Position numbers and translations under genes: made by a program. A stretch of 63,571 nt of DNA, counting the filler, from Stramenopiles sp. TOSAG23-3 (taxonomy: Eukaryota), in assembly GCA_900128585.1 (NCBI GenBank). It is 6 parts of 6 records of this genome, joined end to end, with 100 filler letters (N's around TTAATTAATTAA, not from the genome) between each part and the next. Parts side by side here need not be neighbours in the genome. Positions count along the whole stretch, not along the records: positions 49,495 to 61,734 come from LT642698.1; 5 more parts are not named here. The stretch is one strand, 5' to 3'. This document shows, one piece after another, positions 51,609 to 61,834 of this stretch. The notes beneath the pieces were generated by a model. The model saw only the letters and a list, made by a program, of their open reading frames with translations. It was not told the DNA's origin and searched no databases. Numbering within the stretch: position 1 is the stretch's first letter; each line of letters begins with the position of its first letter.

Positions 51609-54035
51609 TCACTTCATTTTCGGCTTCTTTGCGGACGCGAGCACATCGCGCATATCGCGCAAGACCGAATCCAGAGAAGAAAGAAACTTCTCCGAGTCAC
51701 TTTTTGGGGATGAGCGCTTGCTGCTAACGTGAAAAAATATTTTGTCCTCCCCTGCAAACATGTACGAAATACCATACCCGTCGTCGGCAACAGGGCCAAA
51801 CCCACCCCCGGGGCTAATACACACGTCATCGATTTCTTTCGGGACGATGTTCCAAATTGACGTCTGCCGTTGGGGCTGTTGGCTAGTTGACAGCCTCCAC
51901 GGAATTTTCAAGGCTTGCTGAAGGAACGGGGACTCGACATTCATCGCCATACTAACGACGTAAAGGGCGAATATGTGGCGCTCCACCCCCTGTCCGCAAA
52001 TGGCGTCTTTGCACAGTTTCGAATGTTGCTTGCACGCCAGCCGCAGGGCAGCCGCGCGTTGGTTCGACGAAGACTTTGGTTCAGTCATCGACTTGACAAA
52101 ATGGACGCTTTCAACCGACAATGACCGCACCGTTTCCGTTCGCCCTTTACGAAACATGCGGGTCATGCACGCTTCGTAGGTCAGCGCAAAATTTCCCGTC
52201 ACGCGGTAATAAGTCAGCTGCAGCGCCATCTGGATGAATGCGTCGGGGGAGACGCCATGCCTCTTCACAAACCCTTTCCCGTACTTGACATGCCCAAACA
52301 CCTCGAGCTGGAGGTCGCTGATGAGTCCTCTCGCGACTTTCATGGAAGCGTTAGTGGCCGCGATGGCCTCGTCGTCCAGGTAAAATCGAAGGAGCTGTAT
52401 TTTGCTGATGGAGGAGTGGTGGTCCTTTCGCGTCTTGGTCGAAGAGCTCGAGGGGGAAAAGTTTGCCGTATGGCCACTGGACTCGTAAGAGAATCTCCCC
52501 GCCTTTTCCACTTCATGACACAAGCAGTACTCCCACATGTGTGCGACCACGGGCGCGTCGGCCCACGAGTGCTCAGCGTTTAGGCCCGCGTACCCGTTCT
52601 CGAACACGACAAGCGAGAGGCTCTTGTCGAACCAACGGTCCGAGCCCCCACCGTGCAGGATCTTGCTGCTTCGCTCGCTCCAGGACGACGGAGAGTTGGT
52701 GTCCAAGCAGACGATGAAGAGGGCGGACTCGATCTCCACGAGGGAGGCCTTGTTGACGCCTTCGCTAAAATTATTTTCTCGCACTTCCGCCCACGCCGTC
52801 CGGTTTGCGGCCGTCAAGGCCGCCAGGTTCTTCCCGTTGGCCTCGGTAACCTCGCCGCGCTTGTGCATCCCATCCGCTATGTTCTTGATGTGCAAAAACT
52901 GCTCCTCCAACTCGTTCGGCTTCCAAACAATACCGTTCCACCGGATCACCTCTACTTTGAAATACACCCCACGGCGGATGACCACAATGTGCTTGGAGCC
53001 CTCACCACGATGCTGGAGTTCGTCCACCTCCTTCCCGGGCACCCGCGTTGTGCCAAACATTCGGTAGTACTGGCTCATGCAGAGTGGGCGGAGCCCGCGA
53101 AGGCGCACCGGCTCCACGGACTCGCTCTTCAGCAGCCGGTGGAAATCGACCATGATGGCCGTCAACGTGGCCGCCCGCGCCTCCGAGATCCGGGACGGGG
53201 CAAAGTCGCAAAAGTCTAAAATATAATAGTTGGAATTGATGCAGAGGGGCCCGCGGGCCCTCAGCCAAACGTACTTTTCCCAAAAGTCCGAGACATAGTT
53301 GGTCGACCAAAAAAATGCCCGTAGCTTTAAGTACTGGTTCATCTTCTCCCCGTCGTTTACGCAAAATGTCTTCCCCAAGTCCTCCATCGTCAAATACTCG
53401 TCCTCGGACAAGATTGGCTTGACCGACCTCAAAAACTTTCTCACCGTGTCCCCGACGGCGGGGACGGGAAGCGTGGGCAATGACGTCTGAAAACTGTACG
53501 TCAGCCGCGGGCGCCGAAAGCCTGTCAGAACTTTTGTGGCCAGGACCCACAGGCGGACTGAAAAATCGTGTTTCCGCCTCCTATCTACCCAGCCGTTCCA
53601 GGACAAGACCCAGCGAAGCAGCCCTCGCTCCAGCGCCATGATGATGAAGACCACCCAAATGCTTCCCATGACTGCCAAATACCCCACCCTCCACTCTAAC
53701 GAAAAATGCTCGACTATTTGGCGTGGCCAAAACGGCTGGTTTGAATACTTTACTATCGACGCCAGCCAACCCGTCTTCCACCAGGAGGTCGGGCTGGAGT
53801 TCAACAAAATTATGACCGAGGCGGTGCAGGCCGCGAGCAGCGTTATGGGCGACGCTGGCCAAAGGCCGTACAGGATTACATTTCTCCACCGGTACATGGT
53901 TCGAAGCAGCGACCGGTGCCAAATGTACGGGTGCGGAATTTTCAGCGTGAGGGTGACCGTGCCATCGTCGGACAAAAAGAGGTCGAACCCACGCTTCTGT
54001 TTCACGTACTCTATCGCGTTCCTCGCCTCCGCCAT
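51609..54035 (-). CDS. CPT1: Carnitine O-palmitoyltransferase 1
   Basis: MAEA start, two N-terminal TM segments, NYVSDFWEKY, DRWFDK, catalytic EHSWADAP, YEACMTRMFRKGRTETVRS, GGGFGPVADDGYG. Confidence 0.93.
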   Translation of the reverse strand: MAEARNAIEYVKQKRGFDLFLSDDGTVTLTLKIPHPYIWHRSLLRTMYRWRNVILYGLWPASPITLLAACTASVIILLNSSPTSWWKTGWLASIVKYSNQPFWPRQIVEHFSLEWRVGYLAVMGSIWVVFIIMALERGLLRWVLSWNGWVDRRRKHDFSVRLWVLATKVLTGFRRPRLTYSFQTSLPTLPVPAVGDTVRKFLRSVKPILSEDEYLTMEDLGKTFCVNDGEKMNQYLKLRAFFWSTNYVSDFWEKYVWLRARGPLCINSNYYILDFCDFAPSRISEARAATLTAIMVDFHRLLKSESVEPVRLRGLRPLCMSQYYRMFGTTRVPGKEVDELQHRGEGSKHIVVIRRGVYFKVEVIRWNGIVWKPNELEEQFLHIKNIADGMHKRGEVTEANGKNLAALTAANRTAWAEVRENNFSEGVNKASLVEIESALFIVCLDTNSPSSWSERSSKILHGGGSDRWFDKSLSLVVFENGYAGLNAEHSWADAPVVAHMWEYCLCHEVEKAGRFSYESSGHTANFSPSSSSTKTRKDHHSSISKIQLLRFYLDDEAIAATNASMKVARGLISDLQLEVFGHVKYGKGFVKRHGVSPDAFIQMALQLTYYRVTGNFALTYEACMTRMFRKGRTETVRSLSVESVHFVKSMTEPKSSSNQRAAALRLACKQHSKLCKDAICGQGVERHIFALYVVSMAMNVESPFLQQALKIPWRLSTSQQPQRQTSIWNIVPKEIDDVCISPGGGFGPVADDGYGISYMFAGEDKIFFHVSSKRSSPKSDSEKFLSSLDSVLRDMRDVLASAKKPKMK

Positions 54036-54520
54036 TTTCTCCAACAACAACTTTCTACTATATCAGCACCACACAGGCCCCCGTGGCGTGCACTTCAACG
54101 TTGCGTGTGGGGTAGAGAAAAGGGTGGAATGGCAGAGTGATTGAACGATTCGCTCTGTTGCCTATATATGTGTGTACGTTTGTTTTGTTTTACAAACTAT
54201 ACTCTGTCTGTATATACATTTCGTTTCTGTATATAAGAGTTGAAGTAAAGAAAAGGAAAAAGTAATATTAATAATAATAATAATATAATTATTAGTTAAT
54301 AATAATAAAATAATAATAATAAAAAATATAAGGAAGAAGAAGTGGTGGTGTGCCGATATAGTACGGTACAGGTAGTGGTAATTGAACCGTACGTATACTT
54401 TTTATTAGAGTGCAAAAAATAGTAGAAACAAGAAGAAGTTGAATTATAACGTAATAGGTACAGTCGTTCTACTGAGGAAATAGGACTAACACAACAAAGA
54501 GAAAGTACAAGGAAGAAAGG

Positions 54521-54818
54521 AAGAGAAGAGAAGAGAAGAAAGAGAACAGAAGAGAAGAGAAGAGAAGAGAAGAGAAGAGAAGAGAAGAAAAGAGAAGAGA
54601 ACAGAAGAGAAGAGAAGAGAAGAGAAGAGAAGAGAAGAAAAGAGAAGAGAACAGAAGAGAAGAGAAGAGAAGAAAAGAGAAGAGAAGAAAGAGAAGAGAA
54701 GAAAAGAGAAGAGAAGAGAAGAAAAGAGAAGAGAACAGAAGAGAAGAGAAGAGAAGAGAAGAGAAGAGAAGAGAAGAGAAGAGAAGAAAAGAGAAGAGAA
54801 GAGAAGAAAAGAGAAGAG
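54521..54818. repeat. (AGAAG)n pentanucleotide microsatellite
   Basis: About 300 nt of tandem purine-rich units. Confidence 0.9.
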
Positions 54819-54986
54819 AGGAGGTTAACACTAAACCTATGGTAAACGTCTCCCTATAATTATTCATGCTTAGGATACCATTTTTCTTCGTAAGTACAAC
54901 CCCCCATCCCACCAGGTCCACAAATCGTCTCCGAAACGATGTTCGGAGAATTTAAATAGGACACAAAGTAAGTTTTATACAGATCG

Positions 54987-55052
54987 GGAAGGAAGGAAGG
55001 AAGGAAGGAAGGAAGGAAGGAAGGAAGGAAGGAAGGAAGGAAGGAAGGAAGG
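54987..55052. repeat. (GGAA)n microsatellite
   Basis: Tandem GGAA units. Confidence 0.9.
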
Positions 55053-56047
55053 AGGAACAAAAAAATTTAACTATTCTGACGACTATGAGGCTATGAGGAC
55101 TCAAATATAAATAATTTTAAGTGTATAATAATCTAATTGATTATAAGTATAATTATACAATATTTTATAAATAAGAATAAAATTGTTGAAACCAAAGTAT
55201 TTATTCTTTATATAAATATAATTATCTCCTTATCCTTAATTATATATAATATCGAAATAGACAGGGTCACCTCAATCAGACCTCTGAGCTTTCATTGTCG
55301 CAGATTCGTAGAACACGACTCGTTTTTTATCCGGTCCACTGTGGTGGTCCCGGTCCACTGGTTATAATACCAAAAAACACCTCGTATAATCCTCGTAAGG
55401 TATAAAATACCAGGTATTAATTCATACGAATACAACTCTTCTTCTAAAAGTTGTCTACTTCTGCCAAAATATAATTATCATCTTATTATTATTATTATTA
55501 TTAAACCCAGAAAAAAAGAAGAAGGAAGTCTTTTTCTTTTTTCTTCTTCTTTCTTCTTCTTTTCTTCTTTCTTCTTCTTTCTTCTCTTCTTGTTCTTCCT
55601 GTTGTTTTGTATAAATATAATAATAAAGAAGCTTGTAATAAAATAATATAATTATAATATTATTAGACGACGACACTATAAAAAAAATGCAATTGTTGGG
55701 CATAGTTGTGTAGAGAAGAGTCTTTCCTCGTACCGTAGTTTGTGTTACATGAATATATGTATCATTTTTGTTTTTTTGCCACTGGATTTGTTCATCAATC
55801 TCTGAAACATAAATAAACAGAACTATTTTCCATAAAACCATCGGAATACGTATAGTGTAATTCGTATACTTATATTACCCCGGAAAACAGGCCGAACTAT
55901 TTTACGTTCAGCCGGCTCCAGTAACCAAGCGTGATAGAGGCGAGGCACTAGCGAACGAACTTCTATTGCGTCAACAACAGTGCAAAGATTTCTTTCTCTG
56001 CTTCGGACCGGTTTGAAGACATCGACATCGGTGATAGAGATATAAGC

Positions 56048-59000
56048 ATGCCCCGAAACGATGAGCCACTTTTAGGTGGGAACGCTGCCGCACGGTACCA
56101 AGAGTTCACCGAGCCGACGACGGCGAGAGGAAGGGCGTATCAGTTCGTGGAAGCCAAAACGAAGGCAGGCTCCGTTTACGAGGCGTTTACCATGACCCTG
56201 ATCGTTCTGAATGTCCTCGGGTTCGTCGTCGGGACGCAGTTCGACGCGACGTACGTCCCGAACGCACCAAAATGTTCTTGGTGCGACGTATGGTTCATCG
56301 GGGACAATTCTTTCCCGGCAAAGTCCTCCATCCTGGAACTCTTTACCGTGGCCGTGTTCACGTTTGACTACTTCTTCAGGTTCTGGGCAATGCAAGAGGA
56401 AGAGCAATTCCAAGGGATGAAGGGGCACTTCAACTACATCGTCTCCTTCTTCTCGATCGTTGACTTGGTGTCCATCGTCCCGTTCTACATTGACTGGCTC
56501 GACACGTCCGACGATTTGCCCGCCTCTCAGTTTCTCAGGATGTTTCGCCTCTTCCGCATGATGCGCGTCGAGGGGAGGTACTTGGAAGCGTTCACGCTGT
56601 TTGACGACGTTATCGTGAACAACAAGCACGTGCTTGGCGTTGCCGGGTTTGTCGGTTTTGCAACATGGATAATTGTTGCGGCCCTTTATTACGTCGCGGA
56701 GCGCGAGAATAAGCTGATGATCTATTGCCCAGAAGCCTGCGACACGTTCGTTGCGGAAAATTGCAAGTTCGATGATTTCGGCCGCGTCGTAGCAAAAACT
56801 TGCGGGCCCACGTGCGAGAAGGACCAATGCTACAATCTGTTCCAGAGCATCCTGAGCTCCATGTACTTCACTTTGGTCAACCTCTTTGGGGAGTTTCCGC
56901 TGGCGGACAACCATCGGGGCTGGGGAAGAGTGGTCGCCTCGTTTACCGCCGTAATTGCCGTCGCGGTGTTCGCGATCCCTACCGGCATCATCGGCAACGG
57001 GTTTGACGAGCTCCTCAGCGAGCGCCGAGAAGAGCGGAAGAAGGAGGAAGCCAGGTCGAAGTTTCAGAACGCCCAACGACTGCTGGGCGCAGCGTCCGCG
57101 TTTGGGGGTGGGATGCGTTCCGTCAACAGCATGAGCATCGCGCCCAAAGAAGGAAAGCCGCGCGGCGAGAGGGAGACCACCGGTGAAAACACCTTTCGTG
57201 GGCGGCTGTTTAACTTGTTGCACGCAAAGAACTACGCTGGCGTCGTGTTTGAGTATTTCATATTCTTCCTGATCTTCTTGAACGTCCTTGGCTTCATGCT
57301 TGAAACCGTCGATTCCGTCGAAAACAGCTCGGGGGCAAAGTCTGCGTTTGCGGCGTTCGAAACGTTCAGTGTGATCGTGTTCACGATAGAGTATCTCCTT
57401 CGCATGTACGCCATCGGGGAAGTGGAAATGTACTCTAAAAAAGGCGAGTTCAACGGGCGCGTGTCCTATTTCTTTTCGTTCTACGCCATGGTAGATTTCA
57501 TCTCGATAGCGCCATGGTACGTGTCGCGCAGTGTGTCGTTTGGCAAAAAGGGCACGACGTTTGTCCGGTCCCTGAGACTGCTGCGCATGTTTAAAGCAGA
57601 GCAGTACGTCGAAGCGTTCACTGTTCTTGACGATGTCATTCGGCAACAAAGCGACGTTTTGGTCGTTACCGGCTTTACTGCTATGGTCTTCTGGATATTC
57701 TTCTCCACGGTGATGTACTACGCCGAGCGCGACAAGCGCGTACAGAAGGACCCGGAGATGAGGGCGTACTACTACTCTATCCCAGATGCTATGTGGATGA
57801 CCCTGTTGAACTTGTCCGGTGAGTCGCCCCTGTGCCATTACACCACTTGGGGGAAGATCACCACCGGTATCATTGGGATATTCGGCTGTGGGTTGTTCGG
57901 GATACCGATCGGCATTCTAGGTGCAGGTTTTGAAGATTGGGTCGCAGAAAAGGAAGAAAACGACGACGGGGAGGGCGGTGACAAGGATGGAGACAACGAC
58001 ACCATGCGAATCAACATGGACATGGACGAGGAGGGAGGGCCCCGCCGCCGGTCGTTTCGAAACCAGGTCTACCGCCTTGTCGAAGCAAAGAGCGAGATGG
58101 GGAAGTACTTCGAAGGTTTTATTTTCTTCCTTATTTTTGCGTCAATCGTCACAACGTCGATTCAATCGGTGGAAGAGCTCGGCTGCAGCCAAACGAGTGG
58201 GGGTTCCAGCGCAACGCTGTGCGAGTTCATGGATTCATTCGAGATTGTCGCTGTGATCATATTTACTGCCGAATACCTCATGCGGCTTTACTCCTTGCCT
58301 GAAGACCCAGAGTATGACGGGTACAGGTCCGGAGCAAGCAAGGTGTTTGGCTACATCTTTAGCTTCTACTCCGTCATCGATCTCTTGGCGATCGTACCGT
58401 TCTACATCAAGTACGCTGTCCCTTCGATGGACCAATACGACAACACGCTGCGATTGTTTAGGATTCTGCGTCTGTTCAAGCTGGACAAGTACGTTCCCTC
58501 AATATCGCTGCTCGACGACGTGGTGCGGGCAAAGAAAGAACCACTTATTGTAACAGGGTTCTGCGCCTTTGTCCTGACGGTTATTATGTCTGCGCTGTTG
58601 TACATGATCGAATCGGAGGACACCGAAAACGCGATTAATCCGATTCCATACGATGGGGGCTGCACTGAAAACTGTACCCAGGCGGACCGCTTTTCAAATG
58701 CGTTCGAGGCTGTTCCGATCGCTGTAATTCACCTCAGTGGGGACTTTCCTATCGTAAATTATACCACTTGGACGCGCGTACTTTGCTTCTTCGCCGTAAT
58801 TGCCGGCGTTGGGTTGGTGAGTATCCCTGCCGGTTTGATCGCTTCTGGCTTCTCAGAGGTCATTGAAGAGAGTCAATCGTCAGACACCAAGCACGAGAGT
58901 GACACGGAATACGTTTTACCGGACGAAAAACCGACGGTCCTGTTCGATGGTTTTGCCCAAGGCGTCAACGATTTCTTGAATGCCAAGCAAGGCGCCGGAA

Positions 59001-59731
59001 AACTGTTCGGGCACTTCGTGTTCGTCCTGATTCTTTTGAACGTCGTGGCGGTTGTCGTTGAAACGGTACCGGACGTTGGAGAATGGGGCCAAAAAAATGG
59101 AGAATTCTTTAATGTGTTCGAAGCGTTTTCGGTCGCTGTTTTTACGCTGGAATACATTATGAGAGTATTCAGCGTCGTGAAAGACCCTGAGCACTTTTAT
59201 TCGCGGTATTTCTACTGCACGACGTTCTTTGGCGTAGTCGATTTGATCGCTATCTTGCCATGGTACATTCAAGTGATCTGGTTTCCTCACGATGCAAACA
59301 TGGCCGTTATCTTCCGAATATTTCGTTTGTTTAGGGTACTTCAACTAGAGCACTTTTGCGAAGCGTTCACCCTCCTTGACGATGTGTACCGAGCGTCCGC
59401 CAACGTCTTAAAGGCCACCGGGTTGATGGCCTTAATCATTTGGCTGATCTCGGGCGTCTTGTTCTACTGGTTCGAGAAGGACAACCCGAACTGGACCGAA
59501 GGCGGGGTAAACCCTTCGTTTGGGGATATCCCGAGCGCCTTGTACTTTACTGCCATCTTTCTTGCGGGAGAGTGGGCAAAGACGGACTTTACCGTCCCGG
59601 GCAAACTCCTGTGCATTGTTTTGGTCATTGCAGGCATTGGAATTTATTCATTGCCGGTAGGTTCTCTCTTCGACAGTTTTGGAGAAATAATTGGCGGGGG
59701 TGGTGGCGATGACGATGAGGAAGAAGATTGA
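56048..59731 (+). CDS. Four-repeat (4 x 6TM) voltage-gated-like cation channel with Kv/KCNQ-like repeats and a non-GYG E/E/D/E pore
   Basis: Four repeats of about 300 aa, each with S2 (FTxE/DYxxR), S3 (DxxxIxPF/WY), an Arg-rich S4, a pore helix and S6 (I/LPxG...GF in I-III). Confidence 0.88.
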   Translation: MPRNDEPLLGGNAAARYQEFTEPTTARGRAYQFVEAKTKAGSVYEAFTMTLIVLNVLGFVVGTQFDATYVPNAPKCSWCDVWFIGDNSFPAKSSILELFTVAVFTFDYFFRFWAMQEEEQFQGMKGHFNYIVSFFSIVDLVSIVPFYIDWLDTSDDLPASQFLRMFRLFRMMRVEGRYLEAFTLFDDVIVNNKHVLGVAGFVGFATWIIVAALYYVAERENKLMIYCPEACDTFVAENCKFDDFGRVVAKTCGPTCEKDQCYNLFQSILSSMYFTLVNLFGEFPLADNHRGWGRVVASFTAVIAVAVFAIPTGIIGNGFDELLSERREERKKEEARSKFQNAQRLLGAASAFGGGMRSVNSMSIAPKEGKPRGERETTGENTFRGRLFNLLHAKNYAGVVFEYFIFFLIFLNVLGFMLETVDSVENSSGAKSAFAAFETFSVIVFTIEYLLRMYAIGEVEMYSKKGEFNGRVSYFFSFYAMVDFISIAPWYVSRSVSFGKKGTTFVRSLRLLRMFKAEQYVEAFTVLDDVIRQQSDVLVVTGFTAMVFWIFFSTVMYYAERDKRVQKDPEMRAYYYSIPDAMWMTLLNLSGESPLCHYTTWGKITTGIIGIFGCGLFGIPIGILGAGFEDWVAEKEENDDGEGGDKDGDNDTMRINMDMDEEGGPRRRSFRNQVYRLVEAKSEMGKYFEGFIFFLIFASIVTTSIQSVEELGCSQTSGGSSATLCEFMDSFEIVAVIIFTAEYLMRLYSLPEDPEYDGYRSGASKVFGYIFSFYSVIDLLAIVPFYIKYAVPSMDQYDNTLRLFRILRLFKLDKYVPSISLLDDVVRAKKEPLIVTGFCAFVLTVIMSALLYMIESEDTENAINPIPYDGGCTENCTQADRFSNAFEAVPIAVIHLSGDFPIVNYTTWTRVLCFFAVIAGVGLVSIPAGLIASGFSEVIEESQSSDTKHESDTEYVLPDEKPTVLFDGFAQGVNDFLNAKQGAGKLFGHFVFVLILLNVVAVVVETVPDVGEWGQKNGEFFNVFEAFSVAVFTLEYIMRVFSVVKDPEHFYSRYFYCTTFFGVVDLIAILPWYIQVIWFPHDANMAVIFRIFRLFRVLQLEHFCEAFTLLDDVYRASANVLKATGLMALIIWLISGVLFYWFEKDNPNWTEGGVNPSFGDIPSALYFTAIFLAGEWAKTDFTVPGKLLCIVLVIAGIGIYSLPVGSLFDSFGEIIGGGGGDDDEEED

Positions 59732-59910
59732 AGAAGTTCAGCGCGCACTGTCGACGAGAAATTTAAAAATTCAAATATTTAAGAGTTGTTAGAGTCTTAA
59801 AACATACTATATCATTAGTTTTTTTTTAAAGAGTTGTGTGTGTGTTTACATATGATAACAGAAGTTTAGTTTGTATTACATGTTTCGCTCGAAAAAATTA
59901 GTATTAAAAA

Positions 59911-59978
59911 TCAGTTCGCAGTACATTAAAGAAACAAATTATAAATTACTTAAATAACAGCCAATTTTTTTGTTTTTA
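59911..59978. repeat. Dispersed repeat copy between convergent genes
   Basis: Shares 25 nt with 11006-11030 and 19 nt (inverted) with 51375-51393. Confidence 0.65.
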
Positions 59979-60059
59979 TTTAATATTGCGTGTTACTGCG
60001 GATGAGTAATAATTGCGGTAAAAGTTTTTATGAATATTAAGGATCGCGCCCAAGTTATC

Positions 60060-61460
60060 TTACCTCCTGCGATTCTTGGGCGGGGGGCGCCGGGGGGCTT
60101 CGCTTTCCCTCTCTATTTTGCAACCGAGGAAGGAAAACTGAGTGACATTAGCAAGCTGATGGTTGACTCCAACCGCGCTGCTTGTTCGTGATAGACGAGC
60201 AGTGGAGTTTCGTTTCGTTTCTTTCTTGGTTTTCTCTTCGCTCTCTCGCCCCGGTATCCTAGGCTCGCACGGACCATTGTTCCAAATCAGGTCGAACCCG
60301 CCGACTCTGATCTCGTCTCCAGTCCGCTTCCCTTCAATGTCAATAATATTAACCATGTCGTCCAACATACCAAACTTTAGGGCATAGTCGTCCTCGTTAC
60401 TAGCCGTCAGTGCAGGGGACGCGTTGACTTCAATCAACCAAGTGTTCAACTCACTATCAAGCATCAAGTCGTACCCGTACAGTTCAAAACAATGTTTGTC
60501 TTGGATCATGGTCTTTTGCACGGCAAGGAGCGTTCGGACCATGGTCAGCTGCATTTCGTAAAATGCTTTCTCGACCTTTTCTTTCCCGTGGCGCGTCATC
60601 AAGTGCATTTTCAAGTTTCGAATTCCCCATTTCAGGTCGTTCCCTTTCTCGTAATCCCCTGCCGTCTTCTGGATCGAATGGTTCGTCAGGTGCATGTACA
60701 GGTTGTCAATATCTTTCGCAATGTCTTTGTTGAACTGGGTTGCTGAAAATCTACAAAACCCGCCGCGGTGCATCCACACTTTCAGCGGGGAAAAGGAGGT
60801 GACCAACATGTACAGGCGCATGTCGAACTTTTTGCCTCCAACCAGGTAAGGGCTTTCTATATACCGCTGCGCCACGTACGCTTCCGCCTGGGGTCCATCG
60901 GCCTTCCACTTGTGGTCTTTTTTCCAATCACTGATCTGGTTCAACTTGTTGAACAAGAAGATCCCTTTTCCCTGCGCCCGGCCGACGGGCTTCATAATCC
61001 ACGTGCTCCCTGGGGTTCGTTTAAACTCTTCTAAGAAAAGCCCGTACTCTGCTGGCAGTACAAACGTGGCGGGAAAAAAGTTGTACTTCGATGCCTCCGC
61101 GTGGGTGTCGGTCCGTTCTAACTGCCGCTTCATGCGTTTTAGATTCTTCACCATCAGATCTTTTCTGGTCAATTCGTAATGATTTCGAAAGTGGTTGACC
61201 CGTTGGTGGTCGTCCATGTGAATGTGGTCGAAGTAGTCGCGGATCCAGCCCACATCCGCCCAGTTGATGTCCCAGTCCGTATCACTGTCCGTCTCTTCCC
61301 ACCCCGGTTTTGAGCGCATTACATCGAAGATTGTATTGTGCAAAGACGTTCGAAAGATAACGACCGGTTGGGAAGAACCTTTCTTCGTCGGGGACTCTAT
61401 TTCACTGTCACTACTGTCAGTCCCCTGAGAGTTGGAACGGGAGTGTTTTCTTCGTGACAT
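60060..61460 (-). CDS. TTLL9: Tubulin polyglutamylase TTLL9-like
   Basis: NHFRNHYELTRKDLMVKNLKR, WIMKPVGRAQGKGIFLF, KKFDMRLY, HCFELYGYD, WLIEVNASP, RVGGFDLIW. Confidence 0.85.
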   Translation of the reverse strand: MSRRKHSRSNSQGTDSSDSEIESPTKKGSSQPVVIFRTSLHNTIFDVMRSKPGWEETDSDTDWDINWADVGWIRDYFDHIHMDDHQRVNHFRNHYELTRKDLMVKNLKRMKRQLERTDTHAEASKYNFFPATFVLPAEYGLFLEEFKRTPGSTWIMKPVGRAQGKGIFLFNKLNQISDWKKDHKWKADGPQAEAYVAQRYIESPYLVGGKKFDMRLYMLVTSFSPLKVWMHRGGFCRFSATQFNKDIAKDIDNLYMHLTNHSIQKTAGDYEKGNDLKWGIRNLKMHLMTRHGKEKVEKAFYEMQLTMVRTLLAVQKTMIQDKHCFELYGYDLMLDSELNTWLIEVNASPALTASNEDDYALKFGMLDDMVNIIDIEGKRTGDEIRVGGFDLIWNNGPCEPRIPGRESEEKTKKETKRNSTARLSRTSSAVGVNHQLANVTQFSFLGCKIERESEAPRRPPPKNRRR

Positions 61461-61734
61461 ATTTTCAACAACACAAAGAAACACTCCTTTTTCACGTTTG
61501 TTTCTGTATGTGTTTGAAAGCCTGAAAGCTCTTTTCTATCCAATCATCTTAAATCTAAAATGTATTATTTCATTTATATAGTATAGTCGTCTATTTGACT
61601 ATTGCTATACTCAAATCAAAATATTTAGTTAACAGCAACCAACACGCCGATGACTGAAGAAGAAGAAGAACAAGCGAATGAAACGAAACGCGGCGCACAG
61701 GGTGATATAAATATTATTATTATTAATATTATTA

Positions 61735-61834
61735 NNNNNNNNNNNNNNNNNNNNNNNNNNNNNNNNNNNNNNNNNNNNTTAATTAATTAANNNNNNNNNN
61801 NNNNNNNNNNNNNNNNNNNNNNNNNNNNNNNNNN
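61735..61834. other. Artificial contig linker
   Basis: N44-TTAATTAATTAA-N44. Confidence 0.97.

Noticed and set aside
54469-55060. Leu/Phe/Ser-rich ORFs (also 9026-9455, 12135-12345, 46466-46783, 55455-55841)
   Set aside because: Translations of microsatellites and AT-rich low-complexity spacers.
54840-55400. GC-richer patches and a small hairpin (TCTCCGAA...TTCGGAGA) in the CPT1/channel spacer as a possible ncRNA
   Set aside because: No tRNA, snRNA or snoRNA hallmark recognised; an Rfam/Infernal scan would be needed.
548-61460. Apparent clustering of ciliary genes (CLUAP1, CFAP61, TTLL9) and of two ion channels
   Set aside because: They lie on different concatenated contigs, so no real linkage can be inferred.
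12294-61834. TTAATTAATTAA palindrome recurring about every 12.3 kb
   Set aside because: Artificial six-frame-stop linker inside N runs. Contig lengths fall monotonically (12293, 12277, 12269, 12255, 12240), which indicates size-sorted concatenation.
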